Source: Rhizodiscina lignyota
Lineage: Eukaryota
DNA length: 64,000 nucleotides
Assembly: GCA_010015805.1 (NCBI GenBank)
Contig: ML978131.1
Span: forward strand, 310,001 to 374,000
Direction: 5' to 3'
Shown: piece by piece, positions 46,230 to 61,604 of the stretch
Numbering within the stretch: position 1 is the first letter of the stretch
How the letters are laid out: every line of letters begins with the position of its first letter
Made by a program: the position numbers and the translations under genes
The notes under the pieces: generated by a model
Told to the model about the DNA's origin: nothing
Database searches by the model: none
Seen by the model: the letters and a program-made list of their open reading frames with translations, nothing else

Positions 46230-49200
46230 AGTTGCTGTAGAAACACAATGTACGCATATATGGTGGCGGATTCAGCCTCCCAGTCGCAGCGGAGTGGATG
46301 GTGCTATCTGCTGCAAAACTTATACTGGTTCGCAATAGGTGGAATAATTGTTGACAGTATCGGTCGTGCGATGCGGTGTAGAATCCCAAGAGCGCGACTG
46401 GTTTGCGTGGATTCCAGTGAAGGTTAGAGCGGCAGCCACTCACAAATGTGGCCACTCTGGAGGTGAAGCCCGACATTGTTGCGCCCTATGATCTGATAAG
46501 ATTGAGAGTAAGACCCTGCGAACATCTTATCCTGAAAGGCTTTGTTTCGAAACATTTTGAGGTCAATCGCGGCAACTAAGGAAATCGGTCCCATGCCGGA
46601 CCAAGCCTCGCACGAACGCACGCTCTGACTCGGGAGTTCCGTGATATCTTCGTTGCTACTCTCAGGAGACAATATAGCGTGGTGTGGGCCGCATGACAAC
46701 CCTCTTGGGATTACTCATGGTGACATCCATCAATTGCAAGGCCGTTCGCCGTCCAGGCTCTCAAGCACTATCGCGATGTCTGTACGCTGGAAGAATGCGT
46801 GGAGTGCTTTGCATGCACGAACATTCCGATGGCGTGTATTTAGAAGACCAGTCAAAAGGCGATGTTGTCTGCGTGGTCGGTTACACACCGCCTAGACCCG
46901 GCTGCTGCTTGGGGAAAGTGGGGGTTCACGGCGTGAAGCAATTGGACCCTGGTGGGCAGAGATCGTGGCGCGCTGGAAAGTGCATCCTTTAACTGCACGC
47001 TGGACGGGAGTAGACGATGTCGCGGGAGCTAACATGCGTCGGCTACAGACGGACTCGTTTTCGACACAGAGTAGAGGCTCTTGGAGCGGCGGGGACAACG
47101 TGTCAGCCGCTGTAGCATCAATGCCCTCTCGGGCACGAAATGTCTGGATGAAGAGGTTCGCACGGCGATAGCATGTCATCGTACAGACAAAGACTGGATC
47201 GGACGACTAATCGGGCTCAATCCGGGCTTGCAACAGGGCAATTGGTAAAGTTGCCCCTCCATGCATGCACTGCAAGCAAGGTCAGATCATGAGAGCCTCC
47301 TCGGGGCAAAGTTGTCTGGGGGCTGGTTAGATCCAGTAGCGTCATGGCAGCTCACACCCTCTCTTTATGCCACCGATGGGACGCGCCGCGTTAGCCGCAC
47401 CACTTCCGCCCATTGCGTGCTCCAGCTGTGCTGCTCTGACCGGCGATAAGCAAGCTCAATTGCAGAGTGTGGGAGGATTGCGCGCTCTGGAGCCTTGCGT
47501 GCCCGAGAGCCTGAGAGCGCTCGCACTTCGGATAGCTGCGCTTAAGTCGTCGCTTCAAGCGACATGAATAGACGTTGAAGGATCGACGAAACATGTGCAA
47601 TTGGAGGGCAGAGGTGGTTGAGTTTCAACTCCAACGCGCCAGGGTGCAACTTCGTCCAAGGGTCGGAGAGGGTCCAGCGTCGAAAATGGCCGTGCGCCGA
47701 TGGCGATCACATCCATGTGACTGTGCCCAAGTCATTTGTACAACGTCGCGGATCTCACAGACGGCGCTGCTTCATCGCAACGCGAGTCGCGTTCGGCAGC
47801 GCCGTGGATGAGGGTCTCGCGCTGCAAGATTGCTAGCTGCTAGCGGACCGTCGCCGTGGATTTTCTCGGGACGGGCCTCCGCTGAGGAGCGACAGTGGCG
47901 ACTCGCTCGAGAGGCGTTTGAGCGCTGAAATACGGCGGATGGCGTGGTGGTACGAGTTGCACGCATAAGAGGCCTGCTGCTTCAGGCTGATGATGGGCAC
48001 GCTGTACGTGAGCACCGCGTCCCAGCAGGGCATGACATGCGCGCACTCCCCTGCCGGGGCATGGAGGAGAGTGTAGATGGCATCAGAATGTTCTCGCCGC
48101 GCTGCTGCCGTCTTGTAAGAGGGCGAGTTCGCAAGAAGATGGCAGGCGGTGAAGCTGACCGTGTCTGGCAGCGAGAGCGTGAGGGTGTTCGGTGGTGTAT
48201 CTCATCTCGTCAATTGGCGACATGGGCCGCGAGATTTGCTCCCAGCGACGGGCATGCAGATGCGGCATGCAGCAGCAGGCGAACTGCGCGTGCGGTGTCT
48301 GCTCGCCGCTGCCATTGGACGCACTGCGCAGCAATATCAATCATCCAAGCCCACCTTAAGCACGAAGCGTAGCAGACACTGCTCTTTTCGTCGTCCAAGG
48401 CCCCGCGCTCGCGCGTGCTGGGCGAATGACCAGCGGCCGCGCTCTGCCTGATCACTTCCCCAGAATGATAATTAAATGCACTCCTCAGCCGCCGAAGGTG
48501 TGCATTCTCAGTGCTCGCAGCAGCTGACGAGCTCAAATTTGGACGAGGCTCAAGCCCCCTGTCCTCCGCTCAACGCGTCGGCTTGGACCCTAATCTTCTG
48601 TCATCTGCCCCCCCATCAACAACAAACGGATACCAAACCTCCCACATCCTCATACGCCGCTTCTGCTGCTTCTACTTCCCCTTCTAGACCTTCCTTTGCC
48701 TCGTCCACCAGCAAGCTTCCGAACATCTTGCCGGCGCAGGATCCCAACCATCTCTAATCGTTAGTTCACCTGCAGCGCCTGCAACACGGCTCGCGAATGA
48801 GCGCCATTGGCCGGCGGCTGTAGCGCAGCAGACCATCATAACTGGCAGGCCGGCCGCCTCGAGGCCGTCTTTTCATTTGCCTTCTGCCTTTACATGTAGC
48901 ATCTGCACATGCTGTGCGCGATTCTGTGCGTCTAGCTTGGTGAGTCCCTCTTAGCGACACGGATACCTACACCATGGCCTTTTATCCTCCAACCGTTCAA
49001 TTCAAGCGTTCTCTAGTCTTCACAATCCGCGGATCCCCTCACCTCATGCGCGTCCAAGCGAAATTGACAGATAGCCTCAGGAGCAGCTGCGTATGCGTCA
49101 TATGCTAGACGCCGTCCACTCCCTCACACATTCACTGCCTTAAACTAGGCTTCTACGTGCTTATTGCGACATCGCTCAGCCGTATCCTCAACCCGAACAA

Positions 49201-49246
49201 CAAAGACCACACACTCGCCCCAATGTATACAAACGGATCGTGAGAA

Positions 49247-51819
49247 ATGATGGATTCAGAGGATGGACACCTCTTCATAAAAGTGAGTCTCGCATATTTG
49301 GCGTTGGCGCCACTATCACACGTCGAGACAGTTACGTCCACCTCTGACCCTTGGCCTTGCAGAATCTTGCGCAATTTGTCCGCACACATGAAAAGGCACT
49401 CGCCAATGCCCTCCAGCTTCAGAGGCAATCGCCTCGGAGGGGCCATGGCCAAGTTCCCAGTGGAAGTGCCACTCCTACCTCGCCGACCTTCAACCCTCCC
49501 TCCTCGACCGCTTCATCGATCGCGGCAGCCCTGTCCCTCCCATATCTAAACTTTACCTCTCCCAACAATATCAAACCGGTGAAGCTCACGCTCACACCTC
49601 ACCACCTCTTCTACCTGCTGTCGCGTTTCGAGGAGCTCAATGTCCCCGTAGGGCCCATGAATGTACGCTTGGAAAATATACACACAGATGCGTCACCCGC
49701 GGAATATGTGTCATTCCTCAGCCAAGCGCAGCGAAATAAAGTGAGGAGCTCGGACCGAGACTCCATGCATTCCGTGTCCAGCCTTCGCAGTGTGATGTCA
49801 GGTATGACTTCATTTTGGTCGAGCTTCGGACTGTCCAAGTCCACGGCGAAGACGGAGAAGCAAAAGGCCGCGCTCAAGGAGGATCTGAAGTACCTCTACT
49901 CTGCATTTACCAAGATCCCATGTCTCCGGTTGGCGCCTGATCACAAGGCGCGATTGATTGCTGGCTGGGAAGAATTCCCATTTGACACAGCGGTGCCTCT
50001 GTTCGCGTTCAAGAACCTCAGTGCTCTTGAGATTAGCGATGTGGACTTTCGCCAGTTCTACGGATGGGACCGCATGGCCGACCAACTGCGCAGCCTTACT
50101 GTGAAACGCTCCAGCTTGGATGACCCAGCTGACTTGCTGATCAACATCGTTCTGGACGACATGGACAAACGGCGACGCAAAGCAGCGAAAGCTCCTGGCT
50201 CGCCCACAACACCATTGCCGACAGCAAGCCCTCGTCCCAAGCATGCTGACCTGGCCAGATACAGTCCCGAGGCCGAGTCGCCTCCGATTGCGAACAGGCG
50301 AGTGTCGAGCGATGCCGGAAAGAGGTCAGAGGATACCCTGGTAAGAGATGGATCTCCCGACAGGAGGCCTTCTACACGGCGCCGGCCGAGAAGCGCTTCG
50401 CCGACACGTCCCTCGAGTTCGCGCCATTCGACCTCTCATCATCATCATCACCACCACCACCACAACAGGGCTTCGATGTCTCAATTGCGACGCACCTCCG
50501 GAAGCTCCGGGTCAAGTCTGCATTCAAACACTCCTCGTGGGAGTTCATCTAACTTGCTCTCAATGGGGTTCTTGCCCCCTTCCAAGTGGAGATTTCTACG
50601 GCACCTGAGTATCGCAGACAACTCATTGACTACCTTGAGTGTTGCAAGTCTCTCACCCCTTGCCAACACCCTCCAGTCGCTTGACATCTCTTCCAATCTC
50701 TTCACCGAAGTCCCTGACTCTTTGGCAAGCTTAACTGCCTTGAGAGCGTTGAACCTCTCGAACTGCATGATTGAATCGCTGCATTCGTTGCTGAGGAACC
50801 CCCTACCTGCCGTGGCAACATTGAACCTGAGACGGAACCGACTCATCTCACTAGCCGGGGTCGAGCGACTCCTTTCTCTGGAGCGCGTTGATTTCCGCGA
50901 CAATAGGCTGACCGATCCTACGGAGCTGGCTCGATTAACAGGCATCCCGGAGATCCGAGAGGTCTATGTGAACAGGAACCCTTTCACGAAAACACATAGC
51001 ACGTATCGCATCACCATCTTCAATCTCTTCAGGAGCACCTCTGGTTACACAGAAGACATCATTCTCGATGCTAGCCCACCTTCATACAGTGAGCGCAAGC
51101 AGCTTGTTGATCGTGCCCCGGAGCTTGTCAACATTCCCATAATCAAACCTCCTTTAGAAGAAGAAGAGCAGCCCCGACTCTCGATGCTCTCTACGATACC
51201 TTCTGCTGTTTCTACGCACTCGATGGTTGCAGACAGCGTGAAGGAAGAGACATCTTCGCAGCCAGCACGGACGGAGTATGCAGTAGCATCTCATAAGCGT
51301 CGCAAAGCCGCCCGGCGGAGGATGGTCGAACTTTCAAAGCAAGACGATAGCGTATCGAAGACATTCGGGGAAATGTCCCTCGCCTCTGATGGTCTTCTGC
51401 TAAGTCCTCCACTGGGTGAGAACTTGGTAGCTACACAAACACCGTTTGATCCCGAACCTCCTACCTCACAGCCGCAGCAGCAAGAAGCGCAAGACTATCA
51501 AACTCAGCCTTCTCTAAAAGCCTACATCCTCCCTCCGCTCCCCACACTCGACACGAACGTCTCCGAAACCGTTCATCTCCCGAAGAGAGCAATCTCTGAG
51601 CTACCGGTAAACGGTGGTGAAACATACAGGAAGAAGATAGAGGCGCTGAGAAATGACCTTGGGCCGCAATGGCTCAGTGCATTTACGGATGAGAGATGGG
51701 ATACTCCTCCCGTCGGTGGACTGAGTCATCCGGCGTCGGTGACATCGATGGTACCACCAGCAATCCCCGTGAGAACGCAGAGTCAGAGCATGGTGAGCAC
51801 TGGAAGGACGTTGGGCTGA
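49247..51819 (+). CDS. Leucine-rich-repeat protein with a poly-His tract; exons 49247-49282 and 49363-51819
   Basis: Consecutive LxxLxLxxN repeats (LRHLSIADN, LQSLDISSN, LRALNLSNC, ATLNLRRN, ERVDFRDN) and an LRR cap NPF...YRITIFNLF; 80-nt intron. Confidence 0.85.
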
Positions 51820-53577
51820 ATGTTTTATGCTTTCCGTTTCTATGCCTTTTCCCTTCTTGATTGTAGTTTTGCATTTGAATGGCGTTGACTTGTTGCTTTG
51901 ATGCCCATTGCATGTTTTCTTTTACACCTCTTTTTTTTCTTCTTCTTCTAGATTCCCTGTTTCAAAAGAGCTTGTTCATGTGCATTTGCATTACTTTGGG
52001 CGGGCTCTAGGATTCTTCCTTCCACATGCGGGATCCTTTGCTGTTGGAGATCTCGCATCTGTAGCATAGGCGGATTGCATGAGGGTCTTTTCTTCTTCTC
52101 CATCTTCATTTTCGGCTTCTTACTGTTCGTTTAACTAGGGTATTTGGCAATGATTATGCGCGAGACGGGCACGGTAGAGGTCTGGGAGGCACGGATTATG
52201 CGGCCATGTCGAGTTTTACTTCCATAGTGCAACGGCTTGAATGGAACACGAAGCGGGCCAATGAAACGAATATCTCATCTCGCGTCTATTGCGCAAGCGC
52301 CACTCGCTGTCTGCTCGTGATGTGTGCATGGAGTCATCATACTTGCATCGGCGCCATGTATGATTCGCAGGTACTGCGCTCGCCATTGAGCTTCGGTGAA
52401 GGCGTCTGTACACCGGCGTCATGAGCGCCCGGCGGAGGGGGGCGGTGACGTGTCGCACGAGACGCGTGCGATGTGTAAAGGACGAGCTTAAAAGGAGGAG
52501 CAAATCACGTTGGAGTGGGCGGTTAACGGCGGAGAATTGTAGACGCGCCCCAATGAAGGTTTTGCGTGGCACATTCCACGCACGGGCCGCTGCCTGTCTG
52601 ATATGCTGGAGGGAGCTTTTATGAGCCCCGATTATAGATCAGTCGAGCATGAAGAATTGAGCGGCAGGGAAGATGTGGTCAATGGAATTGAGTGGCCCTG
52701 AAAGTGCTTGTAAGGATAGCGCGGCACTCATATGCCTCTTGGTAATCACTTGCGCATGGATTGGAGGGCTGGAGGGGAGGGTTTTGAGGCCTAGAAGACC
52801 TGACGCCTGGCGGACTGGCAGACCTCACGCCTGGCTTGGCGTTTGTGTGCAAATGCATTTCGCTCCTCCCCAAGCGCACGTCAGACACGAGACCATCCCC
52901 CTTCTCCTACACAACCCACAACTGCCACTGCCCACAGCAAGCACCGCACGCTGCAGCACACTCGCCCCGAGGCACCAGAACTCCCTCCACCCCTTGTGCA
53001 TCCCCGCATCGCGCCCGCGTGCAATCGAAAAGAGCGAGCCCAAGAATCCTGAAACACAAACCTGCGATACTCCCAACACCACCACCAACCGCGCTCCCCC
53101 TCTCAAGCCATCTGCATCGCGAGTGTCACCTCAATAAGCTCCTCTCGCGACCGTGCAGCACCCGCAAAGACAGCATCCGCATCGCTGCCCGCCGCACGCG
53201 ATTTACTGCCCACGGACGAGGGCGGTGTGTGAATAGCGAGAGCCCCTCCTACCCGAAAGTCGAGGTGCACAACGCCGTTGGCAAAAGTCTTCAACCACTC
53301 TCCCGCCCCACAAAATCAACAACAACAACACGCGATCTCGCTCGTGCCTAGCGCGCTGTATCTCGCTCTTCTAAATCAGCAAACAGCACCTTCGCCAACA
53401 CAACAACCGCACTGCCACGGAACAACTCGCGCCATCGTCGCCGCCTTCCGGCGTCTCTCTGAGGGGCTTCGAGCCATATCTCAATCCTTCACTTCCGCGC
53501 TCTGAACGGATCGACAGCGATTCACTCGGTTCGCTTACAACACACACAGCGCGTGAATTGACACCACTTTTCGAAGC

Positions 53578-53700
53578 GTAAGTTGCCTGCCCTAGCCTTC
53601 ACTCTCCGAGCTCAACGCTCTTGCCCCCACCACCCACCTCACTCAATCACCACCAACCTTTAACATAAACGCTCTGCTCACCTGCTTCCTGGCGTCATAG
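53578..53700 (+). other. Probable 5'-UTR intron of the PP1 gene
   Basis: GTAAGT donor, GCTCAC branch-like site and CATAG acceptor, ending 113 nt upstream of the ATG. Confidence 0.6.
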
Positions 53701-53813
53701 TCACGAACACACCTCTCTTGAGCACGGAAAACACATTTCCTGCGCCGGCGCCCTCCGACCCGGCATCGAACACACCTGCCCCACACCGAATCTGCTAAAA
53801 ACAATCGGTGGCC

Positions 53814-55138
<1,325 letters not shown>

Positions 55139-57418
55139 ACGACACACGAACTTCACATTCTCGGCGCGACTCGATTCGACACAGCGACGACTTCTTTTCC
55201 GATCAAGCGACAACTCCTCGATACCCTCAGACTCTCGATCAACGAAAACGGCTTTCTACTTCTGGTTTTTACTTTCAGCGCCGATCGCTCCCTCCCCATA
55301 CGAACCTTGCGTCCGAACGAATGCCGTTTTCGTTTTTGCTTTTTCCTCCACTGCATGATCGAGACAACGAGGTCCCGTTCGAGGTTACGGGTACATCACA
55401 CACTTCAAGAGTCTTTTCCAGAGCTGGGTATAACTTTGTTTTTGTTTGCTGCATTACGGGGGTGAATTTTCAAGTTTGGGACTGAACGAAATCGAGCTGG
55501 GTGGAATGGTGGGGATGCACAAATGTGGGGAAAGTGGAGATCGAGGCGGATGGAGGTTGTGTTCAGTCGCGATGAAAGTAAGATTAGGTCAATGGGATTC
55601 AAATCAAGTTTTTGGGCATGACCACGGTTTGCGAACTGCTTTTTTGCTGCTCTCTCTGCATACACACGGAGCATCTCTCTTTTCTAGAGACCAAGTTCGA
55701 TGCTGTATTGCAGTAGCGAAGTGATGACCCGACGGCGTATGCGATTCCTTTCTCTTTCTTTTGTCTCTTCTCCTAGCTCTGGAAACTCTCGAACCAAAAG
55801 GCTCTATGCTTAAAATCTCCCCCTTAACCTTTCCTTTTGCACTTGTGAATATGGCGCTGCCACGGTCTTCCTCAACTCGATTAACGACTTCGTAGGTTGC
55901 TCACCTTCATCTTCTCCCGAACAAGGTCATTTCGCGGCTGGAAAGGTAGTGTCTTTCTACTCGGTGGCTCCCAAGTCGGCGCCGACTAAGTGCCAGACAA
56001 CTATGATCCGCATAACTGTACGGACGCTGGTTCCTATGCTGTTGATCCTTCCGCTGCGATGCATGTTGAGGGATGCATATTCAGGAGAGCCGACGCGATA
56101 TAGATGCGAGATCGTGAGATGAGTAATTGGAGGATCCTGCGAGCTTTGTTTCTCAATGCTACGCGTTCAGCGCCTTCTGGAGAAACTTGCGTTCCTAGCA
56201 GGAGCAGGGTCACACGACTCATGCTGAGCTCGCCCGCGCAAAGAGATGGGGTTGTGCAAATCAACAGGACGCTTCCGTTGTCAATGACGCCTTGAACAGG
56301 CCGATACGGATCGAGGGCAAGTGGAGCAGCACTAGGCCCAGCGACCCAGGTCTTTGCCCAGCCTCCCAAGCCTCTAAATGGAAGCATCCCCCTCCGTAGC
56401 GAGACGAACAGGTGTGATCGACATACGGGGCGTCCTCTACCCCACCCGTGCGGCCCGCGCCGTTGCACCATTCACGGCACATATTGGCCAGCCCGTCAAG
56501 CCACTCGAAGTCCGGCGTGCAAGCTGGACGCCCTGGAACAAAAGGCTGAATGCAGGGCACTCTGTCTAGGCTAGACGCCTCACTTGAGGAGACCTCTTGT
56601 CCGGTTTGAAGCCATCTCTCTGCAGATCTCGGCTGTGACTGCTCGCTGGGTACGTACAGTCCACACAGCGTCACCCGCGGACTGTCTCTGTTCGTTGCGG
56701 GCTGCGGCAGACGCTTCGGTCGCTGTCGATACACTTGGTTCTTTTCATCAACCCTACCCACCTGGTGACATGATTCCACGGAGTCGCGATGGAAAATGTC
56801 AGTCGGGAATGGGAAGAATAGGTTTGCCTGTACTTGAAAGGGGATCCCTGCATCTCGTTGCTGTGTCTGCACAGTGGCTTCGCATGTTCAACGAAGTTGG
56901 GACTCGGAGAAGGGGTCGGATGCGTCGGCGCTAATGGGAGAAGTGGGTGTGTCGTGCCTGGGAAAGAATCGAGATACGCACTGTTCGAGACGACAATGGC
57001 TACGCAAACGTTCTTTCACACCGTTTAAACCGGTTTATCCTTGGGTGTAAATGGAGAGTGTTGGATGGCTCAGAAACACGCAATCAATCAATTCCGAAAA
57101 GAGACCTGGGTTGTGTAGTGAAGAGTATGTATTCATTAGATTCATTAGCGGTTCTTCTATCATTTGCGCTATGCCATTCACCGCGCTGTGTTGAACCGAC
57201 CTCATTCCATAGATAGTCCAAGCTCCGATGCAGGACCCGTGAGGCCTTCACCCAGAAAAACATCGAGAGAATTTTCCAAAAGCCCAAGAGCCTAACGCCA
57301 CCCCCGATGCCACCTTTTGAACTCCAAAGAAGAGTTGAGAAACTCAAAGACCAACCCCCTCGTCACCATCCCAAAGCAAACTCGAGTCAGTGTAACGCAT
57401 GGCTTTTCTTGCTCTAAA

Positions 57419-58929
57419 TCACTCGCCATCAATCTCGATGGCGTTGACCCTTTCATCATCATCGTCGTCATCATCATTCCCAGCAGACTCGTCGTCATCC
57501 ACAGCCACGCTGGCATTGCGCTCACTCTTGGTCTTCTCCTGGTCCTCGTCCCCATCCTCGTCAGCAACCTTCACCTCGTCGTTCCCCATGAAGCATCGCT
57601 GGCCCTTCTTGTGACAGTGGTAGCGTTCGCATAGCATGGGCAAGTTCTGGAAGGGGATCGTCGTGTCGCGCTCAAGCTCGCTGAGCTTGTTGTGCAGAAA
57701 GGCCGTGGTGGCGGAGCGATTGCTGTATTCTGCTTTGATTTCCGCGATTTGAGGGATATTGGCAGGCGTGAGTTGCAAGAACTTGAACGCACGTGCACGC
57801 CTCGTGGACGCCTTGGCGACGTAGACTGCACCCTGTCGAGACAGGTGCTCGAGGATAAGTTGCATCGACTCTGCAATGGATGCAGTAATGTAAGAAGCAT
57901 CCGTGCAGACCAGCATGTCATAAACGAGTCGACGGAGCTTCTCGAAGAATAGCATGGTCTCTTTCTTGCCGACTATTTCCAGGACTTGAACTGCGGTGCT
58001 GTACTGCATGAGATCGACATGACGGGCAGCCAAATAACTCATGCAATAGTTTGCTAGGTTGTCCATCTGGAGCTGGACGGTGAGGCCATGAAGGTAGCAG
58101 AAGGTCAGGATGGGATCTTTGTCGCCTGCCGGAGCTACCGGATACTTGCTCGTGTACAGCGAGTTGATAAGAAGCTGGACTGCTTTGACACTCATGTGAG
58201 GGAGATGAAGCTTGTTGTGCACAGCCGACTCATTTGGATCCTGGGACTTCTGAATGCCGCGAACTTGGCGGTTGAAGAACTCCAACACGGTGTCGAAGAT
58301 TTTTCCAAGAACAGCTGTCTGCTCCAGGCTCTTGACGAGGCCGACCATGTAATTGATCCAATCCGGAATATCCACGGGTGGAACGAACTTGTTCTTGGCC
58401 TTGGTGCTGAGAGTTCGCATGTACGAATCATTAACGTCTCGCTGAAGCGACGGCAGACAAGGTTCTGGTGCATGACGCAAAGCGGAACCTATGACCTTTT
58501 TGACCTATAGACCCATCGAATTAGCATGCACCCCTATGTGTAAGGTCCTAGAGAAAGATACTTGATCCACTTGGTTCGCCACACACAGACCATCACACTC
58601 TTTCAAAACGTCCCTGATTTTCTTGAGTTCCGCGTGCCTGTCACGAACAGGTGCTGCTTCTTTGCAGATGGTCTCAATAAACGGGGAGAAATGGCAGAGC
58701 AACTCTTTGTGCGCCATCATCTCTTCTTTCTCCGGGCCGACGACGAAGTGAAAGGGTGTGATGTAGAGAGGTCTGGATAAAGCGAATAAGTATTCACCCA
58801 ATGAATCGGTTGGTGTGTGAATGTTGCATACCCATGCACATCACCTTCGCCTGACATCATGTAACCTCCGAGATCCTGGAGTGGTGGTGTTGTCGCCATC
58901 ATAGATGGGTTGGTGGCACTGAAGGCCAT
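57419..58929 (-). CDS. Divergent BTB/POZ-like protein with an acidic tail (~464 aa); exons 58929-58832, 58772-58562, 58504-57419
   Basis: FVVGPEKEEMMAHKELLCHFSPFI and LHLPHMS...QLLINSLYT; C-terminal CERYHCH....C; two canonical introns. Confidence 0.7.
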
Positions 58930-60161
58930 GTCCGTAGGAGCTGGTTGGTTGTGAGAGGTAGAAGATAATGAAAAAGTAGATGTTTGGGAAAAGTCTACTA
59001 CGAACTGAGGATGTGAGAAGGCGGAGTCGTTGGTAGAAGGAAGAAGATGAAGATGGGTTGAATAGAGGATTTGCCGTCTCAACGAAGCGCGTGGTGCCAA
59101 ATGAGAAGCTGGCACTCTCCACCTCGAGAGTGAATGCTGCTTTGGTGATGGGGATAACAGCTGTGATGATGATGATTGAACAGATGTAAGAAGATGTATT
59201 TGTCAGAGCACTTTTGATGATAGGTATTGTGGTTAAGAGAAAATGGTGGACGATGGTTGAAATAGGAAATATGTTGAAGAAACCAGGATGATTGAGGTGT
59301 CTTGTGCAAGCTTAAAGAGCAAGGCAAGACCCAACGAAGCTTAAATCTTCAAGCGGTAAGAGCCCAAGCATTGATTGAACTGTCCTTGGAATGCTTGTTG
59401 ACAGTAGTGTGAAGTTGCGAGCATGAAACTCAGCAGTGGTGGTTGGCGAGTCGCGATCAAGTCGGGGGGAAGATTTGGGCAACCTTGAACTTTGTGCAAA
59501 CGCAAAATCATATGTCTCCGGAAGCAAGGTTTTCAGCATAAGCCTTCCAGTTCTCTGTGACAGACTTAGGGCATAGTAAGTGTGAATTGATTTACAGAGT
59601 CGAAGGATTGTGGTTGCTCACGTTGTTCCTGAAGCCGAATATATACCGATGAATGGACGGCCGGCAAAATATCGGAGCAATGTAGCGTAGGAACTAAGGA
59701 TACCTCGGCCGGCGGTTGAAGGGAGCGCGAGCTGGTACGCGTGACGTCTCCACGTTTTAACCATCATACGGGAGTCCCTTGCGACCTACGCATCAGGAAG
59801 CTCGTAAAGAAGGGTAGCTAGCTATGGCTACAACCACGTACCTCCCGTGCGAGCTCCTCCAACGTAAGTTTCTCTCCGGAACAATCGTCTCTCTTTCATC
59901 TCTACTACCCAGCGTCGCGTGTAGCTCTCTGCCTACCCATCCCACGTCAACACCAGCGCATACCACCTTAAGCCGCCTGCCGCGGGTATTATTACCCCGC
60001 CACGTAAAGCCGTGCCCAATAGCCGTGAAATCTGACACCCAAGTCACCAAGTTACCGTCGGCAAGAAAGGCGCCGCCGAGCGATTTGCATAGTGCATTGC
60101 TGCTAGCTGCAGTGCTCGACATTCAAAACTCCAACCTCGTCCTCTCTCCTTCCACTTCGTC

Positions 60162-61604
60162 ATGAGCGGCTTCTGTTCTGTAGCTCCCCGACGAGTATTC
60201 ACCCAGCTCCACAGATCTTCTGGAGCTGTGCCCTTCGCGCGCCTTGCAGTCGTTACCACACAAGTGCCGAGATACGCCGGGAGCTTCGAACAGAGGAGAA
60301 AGATGACGGGCGGCAGGAAGATCAAGGTCAAGAACCCGGTGGTGGAGCTGGACGGGGATGAGATGACGCGCATCATATGGCAAGAGATCAAGGACAAGTT
60401 CATCTACCCATACCTGGACATTGACCTCAAATACTACGATCTTGGCCTGCCATATCGCGACGAGACGAACGACCAAGTCACTCATGATGCGGCCGAGGCG
60501 ATCAAGAAGTACTCTGTGGGTGTCAAATGCGCGACCATTACACCAGACGAGGAGCGTGTGAAAGAGTTCAACCTTAAGCAGATGTGGCTTTCACCCAATG
60601 GTACCATTCGAAACGCCCTTGGAGGCACAGTCTTTCGTGAACCTATTGTTATTCCTCGCATTCCTCGTCTCGTACCTGGCTGGAAGAAGCCAATCATCAT
60701 TGGCCGTCACGCGTTTGGCGACCAGTATCGTGCCAAGGACCGCGTTATGGACACCGAAGGAACGCTGGAGATGGTATTTACACCAAAGGGTGGCAAGCCT
60801 GAGACAATCAAGGTCTATGATTACCCCAAGGACGGCGGCGTTGCCATAACAATGTATAACACGACCGAATCGATCACTGGATTCGCTCATGCGTGCTTCA
60901 AATATGCCCTTGACAAGAAGTTTCCCCTGTATATGACCACGAAGAACACCATCTTGAAGAAGTATGATGGAAGATTCAAAGACATCTTCCAGGAAATCTA
61001 CGAGAAGCAGTACCGGAAGGACTACGAGGCCAGCGGGATCTGGTATGAGCACCGACTCATCGACGATATGGTCGCTCAGATGATCAAGCAAGAGGGCGGC
61101 TTTGTGATCGCGATGAAGAGTATGTGTTGCCCTATCTCGCCTTCCGTCTCGTCTGCGAAGCCAAGCTAACGCCCAACAGACTACGACGGTGACGTCCAGT
61201 CCGACATTGTAGCCCAAGGATTCGGCTCCCTTGGCCTTATGACTTCAGTTCTTATTACGCCCGATGGTAAGACATTCGAGTCCGAGGCCGCTCACGGTAC
61301 TGTCACGAGGCATTTCCGGGAGCATCAGAAGGGCAACGAGACGTCCACTAACCCCATTGCATCAATCTTCGCCTGGACGCGAGGACTGGCAAAGCGGGGC
61401 GAGCTGGACAACACACCGGAGCTCGTTGCGTTTGCTGAAAGCCTTGAGAAAGCCTGCATCGACGCCGTGGACATCGACGGGATTATGACGAAGGATCTGG
61501 CCCTCTCATGTGGCCGCAAGGATCGAGAGAGTTGGGTCGTAACAGGCAAGTATATGGACGCCGTCGAGAGGAGGCTGAAGGCCGGCTTGAGGGAGAAGCT
61601 GTAG
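60162..61604 (+). CDS. IDP1: NADP-dependent isocitrate dehydrogenase; exons 60162-61119 and 61180-61604
   Basis: [46 protein letters not shown] and [10 protein letters not shown]. Confidence 0.97.

Noticed and set aside
46230..49246. tRNA, snRNA or snoRNA genes in the large intergenic gaps (also 55139-57418)
   Set aside because: No convincing T-loop/D-loop cloverleaf or paired C/D boxes seen by eye. tRNAscan-SE and Infernal were not run, so absence is not proven.
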